From assembly GCA_965214565.1 (NCBI GenBank), contig OZ243951.1, positions 2,579,166-2,643,165 on the forward strand: a stretch of 64,000 nucleotides of DNA, read 5' to 3'. The translations under genes were made by a program, and so were the position numbers. Origin of the DNA: Candidatus Aldehydirespiratoraceae bacterium (GTDB lineage: Bacteria; Actinomycetota; Acidimicrobiia; Acidimicrobiales; Aldehydirespiratoraceae). The stretch's first letter is position 1; every line of letters begins with the position of its first letter. Shown here one piece after another: positions 22,571 through 32,058 of this stretch. Under the pieces are notes generated by a model. That model did no database searches and was not told where the DNA came from. It worked only from the letters and a program-made list of their open reading frames with translations.

Positions 22571-24956
22571 GTCCTGGCTCAGGGAGTTCGCGCCTGGTAT
22601 CGACGGTGATCCGAACGAGCTGAGCGAGACCTTGAGCGCTCTCGGCTTGACCGTGGAGGAGATGACTCCCATCGGCGACATCGTCGATGGTGTGGTATTG
22701 GCGAAGGTGCTCGACCTCAGGCCCCATCCCGCAGCCGACAAGATCCAACTCGTCGATGTGGATGCCGGCGACGGAGAGGCGCTGCAGGTGTGCTGCGGGG
22801 CTTTCAACATGGCCGTCGGGGATCTGATTCCCTTCGCCGTGCCAGGGACCGTCATGGCCAACGGCTTGGAGATTAAACAACGCAAGATGCGAGGCGAAGT
22901 GTCGTCCGGGATGTGTTGCTCGGGGGCCGAGTTGGGTCTCAACGACGACCACGAGGGAATCCTCGTGCTCAACGACCGCGTGGTTTCGGGAGCTGAACTT
23001 GGAATGGACCTGGGCGCTGCCATCGGTCTGGAACCCGACGTGTTGTGGGACCTCGAGGTGAACGCCAACCGGCCCGACGCCATGTCGGTGGCTGGAGTGG
23101 CGCGCGATCTGGCCGCCGCGCTCGGTGTCTACTTCTCCTACCCGGACTACAGCGTCGACACCGACACCTACTCCGCAAACGAGAGTGCCGACGAGCTCCT
23201 GACAGTTGAGATTCTTGATCCGACACTGTGCGGACGGTTCGTTGCGACCGTGCTGCGCGGAATCATCGTGGGGACGTCGCCGCAGTGGCTCGCTGACCGG
23301 CTGGTGTTGGCGGGAATGCGTCCGCTCAACTCGATCGTCGACATCTCCAACTATGTGATGCTCGAGTTGGGTCAACCCAACCACACTTTCGATCTGGCCA
23401 CGATCCCAAACGGTCACCTGCGGGTGCGACGGGCTATGCCCGGTGAGACGCTGACGACCCTCGACGGCCTGGAACGTGAACTCACCGCCAACGACGGTGT
23501 GATCACCAACGACTCGGACCAGATCGTCAGCCTGGCGGGAGTGATGGGCGGAGCAACCACCGAGGTCTCCGAGCAGACGACCGACGTGCTGTTGGAGATG
23601 GCCTGGTGGGATCCGCCGACCATCTCGCGCACCGTCAAGCGGCTCAATCTGGTGAGCGAGGCGTCGAGCAGGTTCCGACGCGGCGCCGATTGGGGCGAGA
23701 ACATCGACCGTTCGATGCAACGCTTCATCCAGCTTGCGACACAACTCGGGGCCACTGCGGCGCCGGGGTTTGTGGACGCCGCCGGCGACACCCCTGATCG
23801 GACGCCCCTGGCTGTACGCAGCGCCAAGATCAACGGACTGCTCGGCACCGACCTGAGCGCTGCTGAGATGGCCGGGCATCTGGCTTCGATCGGCTTTGCA
23901 GCCGATGTGGTCGCGTCCGACAGCGGCACGGAGGACTTGGCTGTCACGATTCCCACATGGCGCTGGGACACCGAGACCGAGACCGATGTGGCTGAAGAGG
24001 TGGCGCGCCTGCACGGCTACGACAACATCGCCAGAACGGTTCCCAGAGGGTCCATTGCCGGGGGGCTTAGCGACTATCAGGTGCGTCGTCGTCTGGTTCG
24101 TCAGGTCCTGCTCGGGTTCGGATGCGATGAGACCTTCCCCATGCCGTTCCTGGCGCCGGGCGACCTGCTGAAGGCGGGCCTCGCCGACAACGGGGTGACC
24201 CTGACCAACCCGCTCGTCTCCGAGCAGTCGGTGTTGCGCACGTCGCTGCTTCCGGGCCAGCTCAAAGCGATCGCCTACAACCAGTCCCATCGCAGCGTGG
24301 ATGTTCGCTTCTTTGAGATCGACCACGTCTATCTGCCGCCCCCGAAAGATCAGGTGCTTCCGGACGAACATGAGCACCTCGCGGTTGCGCTGGCAGGCTC
24401 TGAAGCCCCCGAGGCGGTCGCGGCCCTCGATCTGCTCGAACGTGAGCTGGGTCTGCCGAACGTTGTTCTGCGCTCAGCGTCACCCCCCGGTTTGCACGGC
24501 ACTCGTTCTGCCGAGGTGGTGGTCGCGGGTCGAAGCGCCGGAGTGGTCGGGGAGGTTGACCCGTTGGTTCTAAAGAACTACGGAGTGACTGGGAGAGTGG
24601 CCTGGCTCGAGCTCGACCTGGGCGCTCTCCTGGGCGGACCCCGTAGAAGCCACAAGTACACGCCCGTATCGAAGTACCCGTCGAGTGACGTTGATCTGGC
24701 GTTCGAAGTCCCCGATGAGGTGGCTGCCGCGGCGGTTGAGAGTTCGCTGCGCAAGGCGGGCAAGGGTCTGCTGACCGACATCGAACTGTTCGATGTCTAC
24801 CGGGGCGAGGGTATGCCGACCGGTACTCGGAGCCTGGCTTACCGCCTGCGGTTCCAGGCTCAGGATCACACTCTGACCGATGCCGAAGTGGCCGACGTCC
24901 GCCAAGCGTGCATCGATGCAGTGTCCAAGCGTCACGGCGTGCCTCTGCGAAGCTAG
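22557..24956 (+). CDS. pheT: phenylalanyl-tRNA synthetase beta subunit
   Basis: MKVTLSWLREFAPG...; tRNA-binding, B3/B4, B5 and FDX-ACB regions; 799 aa. Confidence 0.97.
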   Translation: MKVTLSWLREFAPGIDGDPNELSETLSALGLTVEEMTPIGDIVDGVVLAKVLDLRPHPAADKIQLVDVDAGDGEALQVCCGAFNMAVGDLIPFAVPGTVMANGLEIKQRKMRGEVSSGMCCSGAELGLNDDHEGILVLNDRVVSGAELGMDLGAAIGLEPDVLWDLEVNANRPDAMSVAGVARDLAAALGVYFSYPDYSVDTDTYSANESADELLTVEILDPTLCGRFVATVLRGIIVGTSPQWLADRLVLAGMRPLNSIVDISNYVMLELGQPNHTFDLATIPNGHLRVRRAMPGETLTTLDGLERELTANDGVITNDSDQIVSLAGVMGGATTEVSEQTTDVLLEMAWWDPPTISRTVKRLNLVSEASSRFRRGADWGENIDRSMQRFIQLATQLGATAAPGFVDAAGDTPDRTPLAVRSAKINGLLGTDLSAAEMAGHLASIGFAADVVASDSGTEDLAVTIPTWRWDTETETDVAEEVARLHGYDNIARTVPRGSIAGGLSDYQVRRRLVRQVLLGFGCDETFPMPFLAPGDLLKAGLADNGVTLTNPLVSEQSVLRTSLLPGQLKAIAYNQSHRSVDVRFFEIDHVYLPPPKDQVLPDEHEHLAVALAGSEAPEAVAALDLLERELGLPNVVLRSASPPGLHGTRSAEVVVAGRSAGVVGEVDPLVLKNYGVTGRVAWLELDLGALLGGPRRSHKYTPVSKYPSSDVDLAFEVPDEVAAAAVESSLRKAGKGLLTDIELFDVYRGEGMPTGTRSLAYRLRFQAQDHTLTDAEVADVRQACIDAVSKRHGVPLRS

Positions 24957-25005
24957 CCAGCCCATGCACACGCCGGCCCATGCACACGCCGGCCCATGCA
25001 CACAT
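24957..25005 (+). repeat. short tandem repeat downstream of pheT
   Basis: GCCCATGCACACGCCG GCCCATGCACACGCCG GCCCATGCACACAT (16-bp unit, about 3 copies). Confidence 0.85.
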
Positions 25006-25102
25006 TGTCAACCAATGGTTCAGTTAGTTGCTGTCACGATTGCGCTAGACCTCCTAACGAAATCGTGCTAGCGTGTAACCGATTTTCGAGGAGAGGGGAC
25101 GG

Positions 25103-26473
25103 TTGACCGAGATTCGAGCCAAGGCTCAAGCCCACTTGGTGCCGCATTTCACGCGTGGCGATGCTTGGCAACGCGACGACTTGCTGGTCATAGACCGAGG
25201 CGAAGGCTGTTACGTCTGGGACACCGGGGGCGACGAATACCTTGACGGTCTCTCAGGGTTGTTCTGCACCAACCTCGGCCACGGTCGCAGTGACCTGACC
25301 GCGGTCGCGGCCAAACAGATGGACAAACTGGCCTTCAGTCCCACCTGGAGCTACGTCCACCCCTCGTCCATCGAAGCGTCGTCGCTGATCGCGTCGCTGG
25401 CACCCGCCGACCTCAACCGAGTGTTCTTCGTGAACTCCGGCTCAGAGGCGGTGGAATCGGCTCTCAAGTTTGCGCGTTGCTACCACTTGGCGAACGGCGC
25501 ACCGAATCGCCAGAAGGTGATAGCCCGCCGTTGGGCCTACCACGGGACCACCCTCGGCGCGCTGGCGGTGACGGGCATTCCCAATTTTCGTGACCCCTAC
25601 GAACCGATACTCGGCAGCTTCGTGCGCCATGTCGACAACACCCTCGGCTGTTCCGACCAAACAGGACCCGCCTCCGAACTGCCGTGCGTCGCCGCGGTTG
25701 AACAGGCGATCCTCGCCGAGGGTCCCGAAACGGTGGCAATGGTGATCGCCGAGCCGGTCCAGAACGGTCGGGGAGCGCTGGTCCCGCCTGACGGCTACTG
25801 GCAGGAACTGCGGCGTATCTGCGACACCCACGGCGTGCTGCTCTGCGCGGACGAGGTGATCAACGCCTTCGGTCGTCTCGGCCACTGGTTCGGCAGCGAG
25901 CGCTACGACGTCGTTCCAGACATGATCACCTTCGCCAAAGGCGTCACCAGCGCGTATGTGCCGCTCGGGGGTCTGATCGTGCGGGACCCGCTGGTCGAAC
26001 GGGTGTGGGACTCGCCCTCTGCGATGTTCGTACACGGGGCGACCTTCGGCGGCCATCCCGTAGCCACTGCGGTGGCGGTGGCCAACATGAACGCCATGCG
26101 CGACGAAAAAGTCTTCGACGGCGTGCTGGCCAACGAGGAACGTCTAGTCAGTGGCCTGCGCGCGTTGATGGAGTCCCACGCCTGCGTCTCCGACGTGCGG
26201 GGGACCGGCTACTTCTGTGCCGTGGAATTGATGCGTGACCGTGCCGCCGGCATCCATCTCACCGACACAGAGTTCGCTGAACTGTTACCGGGAGGTGTTC
26301 TGGAACGATTCGTGCGCGAGGCGCGCGTTCTGGTCCGGCCCGACTCTAGAGGCGCCGCCATGTTGGCGGTTGCGCCGCCGCTGGTGGCAGATGCCACCGT
26401 GATCGACGACCTGCTCGCGCGGGTCGACCAAGTGCTCGACCGCGTGGGCGGTTGGCTGAAGGTCTCAACATGA
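25103..26473 (+). CDS. tpa: class III aminotransferase, probable taurine:pyruvate aminotransferase
   Basis: FFVNSGSEAVESALKFAR; YHGTTLGALAVTG; LLCADEVINAFGRLG; TFAKGVTSAYVPLG; adjacency to tau transport genes and xsc gives the substrate assignment. Confidence 0.85.
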   Translation: MTEIRAKAQAHLVPHFTRGDAWQRDDLLVIDRGEGCYVWDTGGDEYLDGLSGLFCTNLGHGRSDLTAVAAKQMDKLAFSPTWSYVHPSSIEASSLIASLAPADLNRVFFVNSGSEAVESALKFARCYHLANGAPNRQKVIARRWAYHGTTLGALAVTGIPNFRDPYEPILGSFVRHVDNTLGCSDQTGPASELPCVAAVEQAILAEGPETVAMVIAEPVQNGRGALVPPDGYWQELRRICDTHGVLLCADEVINAFGRLGHWFGSERYDVVPDMITFAKGVTSAYVPLGGLIVRDPLVERVWDSPSAMFVHGATFGGHPVATAVAVANMNAMRDEKVFDGVLANEERLVSGLRALMESHACVSDVRGTGYFCAVELMRDRAAGIHLTDTEFAELLPGGVLERFVREARVLVRPDSRGAAMLAVAPPLVADATVIDDLLARVDQVLDRVGGWLKVST

Positions 26474-26504
26474 GACCACGGAATATCCATTGGAGGGTAA
26501 TCAA

Positions 26505-28535
26505 ATGAAGAGACTACTGGTATTGCTTATGGTGCTCGGCCTCATTGCCGCGGCCTGCGGCGACGACGACTCCGCCGACGGCGGCGACGACGGCGGCACA
26601 ACGACTCCCGAAGAAACCGGTGACGACGGCGACGACGGCGATATGGGTCTCGATGAGTTGAACGTGGCGTACTTCTTGGAGTGGCCGACCGCGAATCAGG
26701 TGGCTCAGGCCGAACAGACTTATGACGCTGAGCTGGGTCTGACTGTGAACTGGATCCCGTTCGCGTCGGGTGGTGACATGGCTCAGGCGATGGAGGCCGG
26801 CGACATCGACATCTCCTATTCGCAGGGTCTGACGCCGTTCGCGAACTTCGTGACCGGTGGGTCCGACCTGCTGTTGGTCGGTGTGGCGGTGACCTATGCC
26901 GACGCCGACAACTGCGTCGCGGGAGCCGACTATGACATAACTGCTGACAACGCCGCGGAGACTCTGGTAGGCCAGAGCATCTATACGCCGTTGGGCAACG
27001 TCACGCATTTCAAGTTGTTGAAGATGCTCGAGCATCTCGGAGTGGACTCCTCGTCTGTGGAGTTGATCCAGTCTGAGGGTGGTCCTGCTGCTGTTGCGGC
27101 TCTGGACTCCGGTGATGTGGCCATGGCCTGTGCGTTCGGCGGCGCTGTCAACCAGATGATCGCCAATGGCGGCAATCTGGTGATGACCGGTGCGGAGCAG
27201 GAGGCCATCGGTATCCGTGTGTTCGACATCATCTCGACCACCGGCGACTTCGCCCAGGCGCATCCCGACATCGTTACTGCATTCCTGCAGGTGACCGAGG
27301 ACGCCAACCGGGCCTACAACGCGGACCGTACGCCGTTCATCGACACGATCGCTGAGGCGGCCGGCATGGATCGTGAACCCACGATTGCTCTGCTCGACGC
27401 ATTCACTTTCCCCGAAAAGGAAGCGCAACTCTCTGATGCCTGGTTGGGCGGCACGGTGCAGTCCACCATGAAGGAGCAGATGGACTTCTTCGTGGCCCAG
27501 GGAGAGATCGAATCGGCACTGCCGAGCTACGACTCCTTCGTCGACACCAGCTTCCTCGAAGCCGTTGAAGGTGGCGCAAGCATGGGCGACGACGTCGAGG
27601 AGATGATGGTCCCTGATGAGTTGAATGTGGCGTACTTCTTGGAGTGGCCGACCGCGAATCAGGTGGCTCAGGCCGAACAGACTTATGACGCTGAGTTGGG
27701 TCTGACTGTGAACTGGATCCCGTTCGCGTCGGGTGGTGACATGGCGCAGGCGATGGAGGCCGGCGACATCGACATCTCCTATTCGCAGGGTCTGACGCCG
27801 TTCGCGAACTTCGTGACCGGTGGGTCCGACCTGCTGTTGGTCGGTGTGGCGGTGACCTATGCCGACGCCGACAACTGTGTGGCCCATCCTGACTACGGCA
27901 TCACCGCTGACAACGCCGCGGAGACTCTGGCGGGCCAGAGCATTTATACGCCGCTTGGTAATGTCACGCATTTCAAGTTGTTGAAGATGCTTGAGCATCT
28001 CGGAGTGGACTCCTCGTCTGTGGAGTTGATCCAGTCTGAGGGTGGTCCTGCTGCTGTTGCGGCTCTGGACTCCGGTGATGTGGCCATGGCCTGTGCGTTC
28101 GGCGGCGCTGTCAACCAGATGATCGCCAATGGCGGCAATCTGGTGATGACCGGTGCGGAGCAGGAGGCCATCGGCATCCGTGTGTTCGACATCATCTCGA
28201 CCACCGGCGACTTCGCGGATGAGTACCCCGGGGTGGTGGCCGCATTCCTGCAGGTGACCGAGGACGCCAACCGGGCCTACAACGCGGACCGGTCGCCGTT
28301 CATCGACACGATCGCTGAGGCGGCCGGCATGGATCGTGAACCCACGATTGCTCTGCTCGACGCGTTCGCTTTCCCCGAAAAGGACGTGCAGCTGTCTGAT
28401 GCCTGGTTGGGCGGCACGGTGCAGTCCACCATGAAGGAGCAGATGGACTTCTTCGTGGCCCAGGGCGAGATCGACTCGGCACTGCCGAGCTACGACTCCT
28501 TCGTCGACACCAGCTTCCTCGAAGCCGTCGAATAG
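26505..28535 (+). CDS. tauA: taurine-type ABC transporter substrate-binding lipoprotein with two near-identical tandem SBP domains
   Basis: Lipobox-like LIAAACGDDDS; NVAYFLEWPTANQVAQAEQ...domain present twice (26655-27569 and 27618-28532, offset 963 bp). Confidence 0.85.
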   Translation: MKRLLVLLMVLGLIAAACGDDDSADGGDDGGTTTPEETGDDGDDGDMGLDELNVAYFLEWPTANQVAQAEQTYDAELGLTVNWIPFASGGDMAQAMEAGDIDISYSQGLTPFANFVTGGSDLLLVGVAVTYADADNCVAGADYDITADNAAETLVGQSIYTPLGNVTHFKLLKMLEHLGVDSSSVELIQSEGGPAAVAALDSGDVAMACAFGGAVNQMIANGGNLVMTGAEQEAIGIRVFDIISTTGDFAQAHPDIVTAFLQVTEDANRAYNADRTPFIDTIAEAAGMDREPTIALLDAFTFPEKEAQLSDAWLGGTVQSTMKEQMDFFVAQGEIESALPSYDSFVDTSFLEAVEGGASMGDDVEEMMVPDELNVAYFLEWPTANQVAQAEQTYDAELGLTVNWIPFASGGDMAQAMEAGDIDISYSQGLTPFANFVTGGSDLLLVGVAVTYADADNCVAHPDYGITADNAAETLAGQSIYTPLGNVTHFKLLKMLEHLGVDSSSVELIQSEGGPAAVAALDSGDVAMACAFGGAVNQMIANGGNLVMTGAEQEAIGIRVFDIISTTGDFADEYPGVVAAFLQVTEDANRAYNADRSPFIDTIAEAAGMDREPTIALLDAFAFPEKDVQLSDAWLGGTVQSTMKEQMDFFVAQGEIDSALPSYDSFVDTSFLEAVE

Positions 28536-28656
28536 AAACCTCCTGACCACAGCCGGGCGGCCGTAGTCGACACAGACCAGTCGGCAACGGTTGCCCGGTT
28601 AGGGTCAGCCAAGCAATAATCGCCGCGGGCCAACATGTGGCCAGAAGGGGGATTAC

Positions 28657-30027
28657 GTGGATTCGATCGTTCAAGGTCTGGCCGATGTATACGACGTCAT
28701 CACCTATGTGATCGCCCGGGGTGCCTACTGGCTGTCGGTCGCGTTCTTCGTGTTGGCAGCGGTCGGCGCAGCACTGATGTTCATTGATCTGCTGAAAACT
28801 CCCTCACGGCGCTTCCTAGACGCAGACCACGCCGCGAAGCCCAGCGACGGCATCGTATTGATCGGCCAGCTCATGGCGGGAATGTCGCTTGTCGGCGGAG
28901 TCGTGCTGGTGTTCCGCGACACCGCTTCGCCGTGGCAACCAGCAGCGGCCCTGCTCGGTGGAGCGGCGCTGCTCACTCTCCTGTTGGTGTACAGACGAAC
29001 TGACGAATCCAAACAGGCCGGGATCGTCCGGTACGTCTGGCTCGCCCTCGCCGTCGCCGCAGTGGTGGCCGTGATCTTGGCGTACATGCAGCGCGAAGAC
29101 TCTTCCATCCCTTTCCTCGGCCTGCTCTTGGCGGTGTTCGTGCTGGCCCGAGCCTGGTTCTCGTTGGCTCGTCCCGAAGTCCACTTCGACCCGTCCCAGG
29201 TGGAGGTCGCGCGTGAGTCCAAGACCGAGAGTCCGCTTGTGGTCGAACAGCTCGGAATGGTCTACGAACTGCCCGACGGCGGCAGTGTGGAGGCCCTCAA
29301 GGACGTGACGTTCACGCTTGAGCCCGGACGCCTGCTCACCCTGCTCGGGCCGTCGGGGTGCGGTAAGACCACTCTGCTCAACATTCTCGCCGGTTTCCTG
29401 GCCCCCACCGCCGGCGAGGCGAAGCTCGGCAACGATGTGATCACCGGTCCCAGCCAGGAACGGGGCATGGTGTTCCAGCAGGGGGCGCTGTTCGAGTGGC
29501 TCACCGTCAACGACAATGTCGGTTTCGGAGCTCGTATGAACGGCCGGTCCCGGCCTGCTTCCCGGGAGGCGGTGCAGGACCTGCTTCGCATAGTCGGCCT
29601 GTCGGAATTTGGGGAGAAGGCGGTCTACGAACTCTCTGGAGGCATGCAACAGCGTGTGGCGCTGGCCCGCTGCCTCGCCAACGACCCCAAGATCATCCTC
29701 ATGGACGAGCCGCTCGGCGCGCTCGACGCTCTGACCCGCGAGAAGATGCAGAGTCTGGTTCTCAACCTGTGGAACGAGACCGGCAAGACCATCGTGCTGG
29801 TCACCCACAGCGTCGAGGAGGCGCTGTATCTGGGCGATCAGCTGTTTGTCATGGCCCCGCGCCCCGGTCGTATAGAACGGGTCTACGACCTGCCGTTCGC
29901 TCAGCAGGCGCTGACCGCGGACGCCCGAGAACTGAAGACCTCCCCCGAGTTCATTGCGACGCGAGAGGAGATCCTGTCGATGATCTGGGAGATGGAGGAG
30001 CAGATCATGGGAACGGGAGGCCAGTGA
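28657..30027 (+). CDS. tauB: taurine-type ABC transporter ATP-binding protein with N-terminal multi-TM extension
   Basis: LLGPSGCGKTTLLNIL; YELSGGMQQRVALARCLANDPKIILMDEPLGALD; about 5 hydrophobic segments before residue ~180. Confidence 0.88.
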   Translation: MDSIVQGLADVYDVITYVIARGAYWLSVAFFVLAAVGAALMFIDLLKTPSRRFLDADHAAKPSDGIVLIGQLMAGMSLVGGVVLVFRDTASPWQPAAALLGGAALLTLLLVYRRTDESKQAGIVRYVWLALAVAAVVAVILAYMQREDSSIPFLGLLLAVFVLARAWFSLARPEVHFDPSQVEVARESKTESPLVVEQLGMVYELPDGGSVEALKDVTFTLEPGRLLTLLGPSGCGKTTLLNILAGFLAPTAGEAKLGNDVITGPSQERGMVFQQGALFEWLTVNDNVGFGARMNGRSRPASREAVQDLLRIVGLSEFGEKAVYELSGGMQQRVALARCLANDPKIILMDEPLGALDALTREKMQSLVLNLWNETGKTIVLVTHSVEEALYLGDQLFVMAPRPGRIERVYDLPFAQQALTADARELKTSPEFIATREEILSMIWEMEEQIMGTGGQ

Positions 30028-31088
30028 TGGCTGAAGGTCCTGGAGGGCACGCACTCAAAGACAACATCGACCAACAGGCCAAACAGTCGAACTGGCCGTT
30101 CAACTGGATGTTCCAGAAGAAGGGGGCGAGTGCCCGCAAGACCGTGACGTTCGGCGACGCCTCCGAGGTGAGCGGCGCGCTGCCGTGGACTGTGGTCAGT
30201 CTGGTCGTGATTCTGCTGGTGTGGTTCCTGGCGACGACGGTCTGGGGCCTGCCGTCTGAATGGGTGGACTACGGAGACGAAGTGCGTGCCGGTCTCACTG
30301 AGGATGAGCGCTACCGCCAGCGTGACCTGCTTCGCGACTGCGACAAGGCAGCCGACGACCCCTCAGAATTCCCGGGACTCCCACCCTGTTCGTACACCCA
30401 GTGGCTCAGCGAATCGACCCTTCCCCACCCACTGCAGGTGTGGGACGCGACCTGGGACTTTGCTCGCAACGGCTATAGCGGATTCACGCTTTGGCAACAC
30501 CTGTGGGTGAGCTTCAGCCGTCTGGCGAAGGGCCTGTTCTGGGGGGTGGCCATCGGTGTGCCCATCGGGTTGGCCATGGGCCTGTCGAATCGCTGGCGGG
30601 GCGTGTTCGACCCGGTGGTCGAACTGCTGCGGCCGATACCCCCTCTGGCTCTGATCCCGTTGTTCATTGTGTGGTTCGGAATCGGCGAGGAAGGCAAGGT
30701 CAACCTGCTGCTGTTCGCGGCCGTCTGGATCATGGTCATCGCGGCGCGCTCGGGGGTGCTCGCGGTCAACACCACCAAGGTTCATGCCGCCTATTCTCTG
30801 GGCGCGTCGAAGGCTCAAGTGTTGCGTCACGTGATCCTGCCCAACGCGCTGCCTGAGATCTTCACGGGGTTGCGCGTGGCGATCGGTGTGTGCTGGGGCA
30901 CTCTGGTTGCTGCTGAACTGCTCGGTGCCAGTTCCGGACTCGGTTTCACGATCTTCAAGGCCCGCCAGTTCTTCCTGCTCGACCTAATGCTGTCGGCGGT
31001 GATCCTCATCAGCATTCTGGGCGTGAGCATGGATGTGGCCATGCGCATGGCCGAGAAGAGGTTGATCCCCTGGCGGGGGAAGGGCTGA
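30027..31088 (+). CDS. tauC: taurine-type ABC transporter permease
   Basis: GVAIGVPIGLAMGLSNRWRGVFDPVVELLRPIPPLALIPLFIVWFGIGEEGK...AYSLGASKAQVLRHVILPNALPEIFTGLR; ATG 30027 overlaps tauB stop. Confidence 0.9.
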   Translation: MAEGPGGHALKDNIDQQAKQSNWPFNWMFQKKGASARKTVTFGDASEVSGALPWTVVSLVVILLVWFLATTVWGLPSEWVDYGDEVRAGLTEDERYRQRDLLRDCDKAADDPSEFPGLPPCSYTQWLSESTLPHPLQVWDATWDFARNGYSGFTLWQHLWVSFSRLAKGLFWGVAIGVPIGLAMGLSNRWRGVFDPVVELLRPIPPLALIPLFIVWFGIGEEGKVNLLLFAAVWIMVIAARSGVLAVNTTKVHAAYSLGASKAQVLRHVILPNALPEIFTGLRVAIGVCWGTLVAAELLGASSGLGFTIFKARQFFLLDLMLSAVILISILGVSMDVAMRMAEKRLIPWRGKG

Positions 31089-31098
31089 TCGCTTCGCT

Positions 31099-32034
31099 GT
31101 GAGCGTTCTCGAGGGTTGGTACAGCAGCGCGCGGGCGAACCCGCAGCGCATCATCCTGGCCGATGCAGACGACCGGCGGGCTGTCGGAGCGGTCGATCGG
31201 CTCAATGCACAGGGTCTGGTCGAGGCATTGGTGGCGGGCAGGGACTTCGGCTCGCTCGCCGAGATCGCCCATGATCCCGCGGAGCGCCTCGTTGAGGAAC
31301 TGGCCGGGGCAGAGACGGGACCGTGGGCCGGACGTCGTCTCGACGTTGACGATCCACTGGTGATGTCTGCGGCTCTGGTCAAGACAGGCTGGGCTGCGGG
31401 GTGCGTGGGTGGCGCGAGCCGTTCCAGCGCCGAGGTGGTGCGGGCCGGTTTGCGGGTGCTCGGGGTCGCGCCTGGGGTTGAAGCGGTGAGCAGTTGCTTC
31501 TTCTTCGTGCTGCCCGACGGCCGCGCAGTGGTCTACGGCGACTGCGGGGTGCTGCCCGATCCTGACGATCAGCAACTGGCCTCGGTGGCGATCTCGAGCG
31601 CGGCCACGTTCGCTCAACTGTCCGGCGAGGAGCCCCGTGTCGCCATGCTCTCGTTCTCAACCAAGGGGAGTGCACAACACCCGCGGGTCGACAAGGTGCG
31701 CAGCGCAACCGCGATTGCTCAGCAGGCCGCGCCAGGTCTGAAGATCGACGGCGAATTGCAGTTCGATGCGGCGTGGGTCCGAGCGGTCGGTGAGGTCAAG
31801 GCGCCCGGTTCCGAGGTTGCCGGCAGAGCCAATGTGTTCGTCTTTCCGGATCTCGACTCCGGCAACATCGCATACAAGATCACCGAACGGCTGGGCGGCG
31901 CGCTTGCTTTCGGACCTCTGCTGCAGGGGTTGAACGGTGTGTTGCATGACCTCTCGCGGGGTTGTTCTGAAGACGACATCGTCAACGTGGCGGTCATCGC
32001 CTCAATCCAAGCCTCCGCGCTGCGCTCCCTCTAA
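31099..32034 (+). CDS. pta: phosphate acetyltransferase
   Basis: RIILADADDRRAVGAVDRL; MLSFSTKGSAQHPRVDKVRSAT; DGELQFDAAWV; ANVFVFPDLDSGNIAYKITERLGGA. Confidence 0.9.
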   Translation: MSVLEGWYSSARANPQRIILADADDRRAVGAVDRLNAQGLVEALVAGRDFGSLAEIAHDPAERLVEELAGAETGPWAGRRLDVDDPLVMSAALVKTGWAAGCVGGASRSSAEVVRAGLRVLGVAPGVEAVSSCFFFVLPDGRAVVYGDCGVLPDPDDQQLASVAISSAATFAQLSGEEPRVAMLSFSTKGSAQHPRVDKVRSATAIAQQAAPGLKIDGELQFDAAWVRAVGEVKAPGSEVAGRANVFVFPDLDSGNIAYKITERLGGALAFGPLLQGLNGVLHDLSRGCSEDDIVNVAVIASIQASALRSL

Positions 32035-32058
32035 CGTCTTGGTGATAGCCTCTAACGG

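Noticed and set aside
22086-24377. 763-aa minus-strand ORF over pheS/pheT
   Set aside because: Antisense to well-supported pheS/pheT; long shadow ORFs are common in high-GC codon usage and the product shows no domain features.
26514-28550. 678-aa minus-strand ORF with internal repeat
   Set aside because: Mirror of the duplicated tauA gene; its repeat is explained by the sense-strand duplication.
28816-30054. 412-aa minus-strand ORF
   Set aside because: Antisense to tauB; low-complexity His/Gln/Arg-rich product.
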